Shown here: in pieces, positions 62,979-64,000 of the stretch
How positions within the stretch are numbered: position 1 is the first letter of the stretch
Layout: each line of letters opens with the position of its first letter
DNA from: Chrysomallon squamiferum
Lineage: Eukaryota > Animalia > Mollusca
Length of the DNA: 64,000 bases
Direction: 5' to 3'
Assembly (NCBI GenBank): GCA_012295275.1
Contig: CM022665.1
Location: 7,998,001 to 8,062,000, forward strand
The notes under the pieces: model-generated
What the model saw: only the letters and a program-made list of their open reading frames with translations
Databases searched by the model: none
What the model was told of the DNA's origin: nothing
Position numbers and translations under genes: made by a program

Positions 62979-64000
62979 AAACACTCGTGACAGTTAAAAT
63001 ATAAGTGAATTTTACTTTTGTTAGTCATGGAGCTCACGTGGTTAACTTGCGAATGCCTGCTGCTCACTGTTGTATTAACCAGCGCCTTCAAAATCGGATC
63101 ATTCGACATTTATAAGCTAAATGAACAAACTCTAAAACATGCGGGCCGCTTGGAAATACTTGTCAAGGTACACAATGTATTTGCATAAATATCTCTGTAT
63201 AATATATACAAACAAACAACAACAACATTAAAACAAAAACAAAACAAAAAACATCAAACAAAACAACAACAATTTATTTTTTTAATACCAGTAAGTCTGC
63301 ATTATTTTATTTGAAATACACTTTTCATGTTTATACATTCACTGAGTTATTGATTTATTTTATTTTTTATTTATTATAATCTTCGACATTATTATTATAA
63401 CTGTTGTTGCTAATGATGAAATAATGGAATAAACATGCATCTGGAATGCCTTTTTGAAAACAAAACGAGAAAATTGTATCATTTATGGTGACAAATAGGT
63501 GTCCATGTCTGTTTGCCATATTTTCTGGAAGGCATTTATTACAGTTTTACAGATTTAATTTCTCACATTTTGTTACAAAATAAAAATGATTTTTCTTGTT
63601 TTTAAATTCTCTTTCTTCTTTTTTTTTACTTTTATAATTGTTTACTTTTGTATTCATTTTAGTATACACACATTACATACATAAATACATATTTATAAAC
63701 TGTAAACGCCAAATACGAACTTTACGTTAGATCCATTTACAAATAAAACTCGAATAATTTTGATATCCAAAAAACAAAACAAGAATATATATTTTCCTTT
63801 TTGTTCTTTAAATTAAATCTGAAACTCACACACTACGTTTATTTATTTATTTAATTTTATTTAATTTAATTTTATTTTACATTTTTATCTTGAGAATTAC
63901 AGATGTGACGTGTTACATTTGTGGTATGAAGGAGAGAAAAAAATATATTAGGGTGGTGGTGGTGCGAGAGTGCCGAAGTCCGTTCATGGATGTGTAATCA

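Overview
This is a very AT-rich, microsatellite-rich eukaryotic genomic window, most likely from an invertebrate. A gastropod mollusc is a weak guess based on a recalled repeat family. The window is dominated by one complete minus-strand gene, TULP4 (Tubby-like protein 4 / Tusp: WD40 repeats, SOCS box and tubby-like domain). I reconstructed 13 coding exons from ATG 55378 to TAA 4363. All introns are GT-AG with consistent phases, and the CDS is 3354 nt (about 1117 aa). A probable ~676-nt uAUG-rich 5'UTR precedes the ATG, with a splice acceptor at 56055-56056. A CpG-rich putative promoter lies at about 61.0-64.0 kb. The first 166 bp hold the 3' end of a convergent plus-strand CDS ending in an RRIQLTTI motif, possibly CAF-1 p60/CHAF1B. 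The introns contain microsatellites, local tandem duplications and decayed repeat fragments. I found no prokaryote-type systems, RNA genes or intact transposons. The most notable observations are a tubby domain split into three pieces that lacks the canonical PIP2-binding K/R pair, the uORF-dense leader, and repeat or structure elements sitting next to splice sites. I found no convincing evidence for a wholly new biological system.
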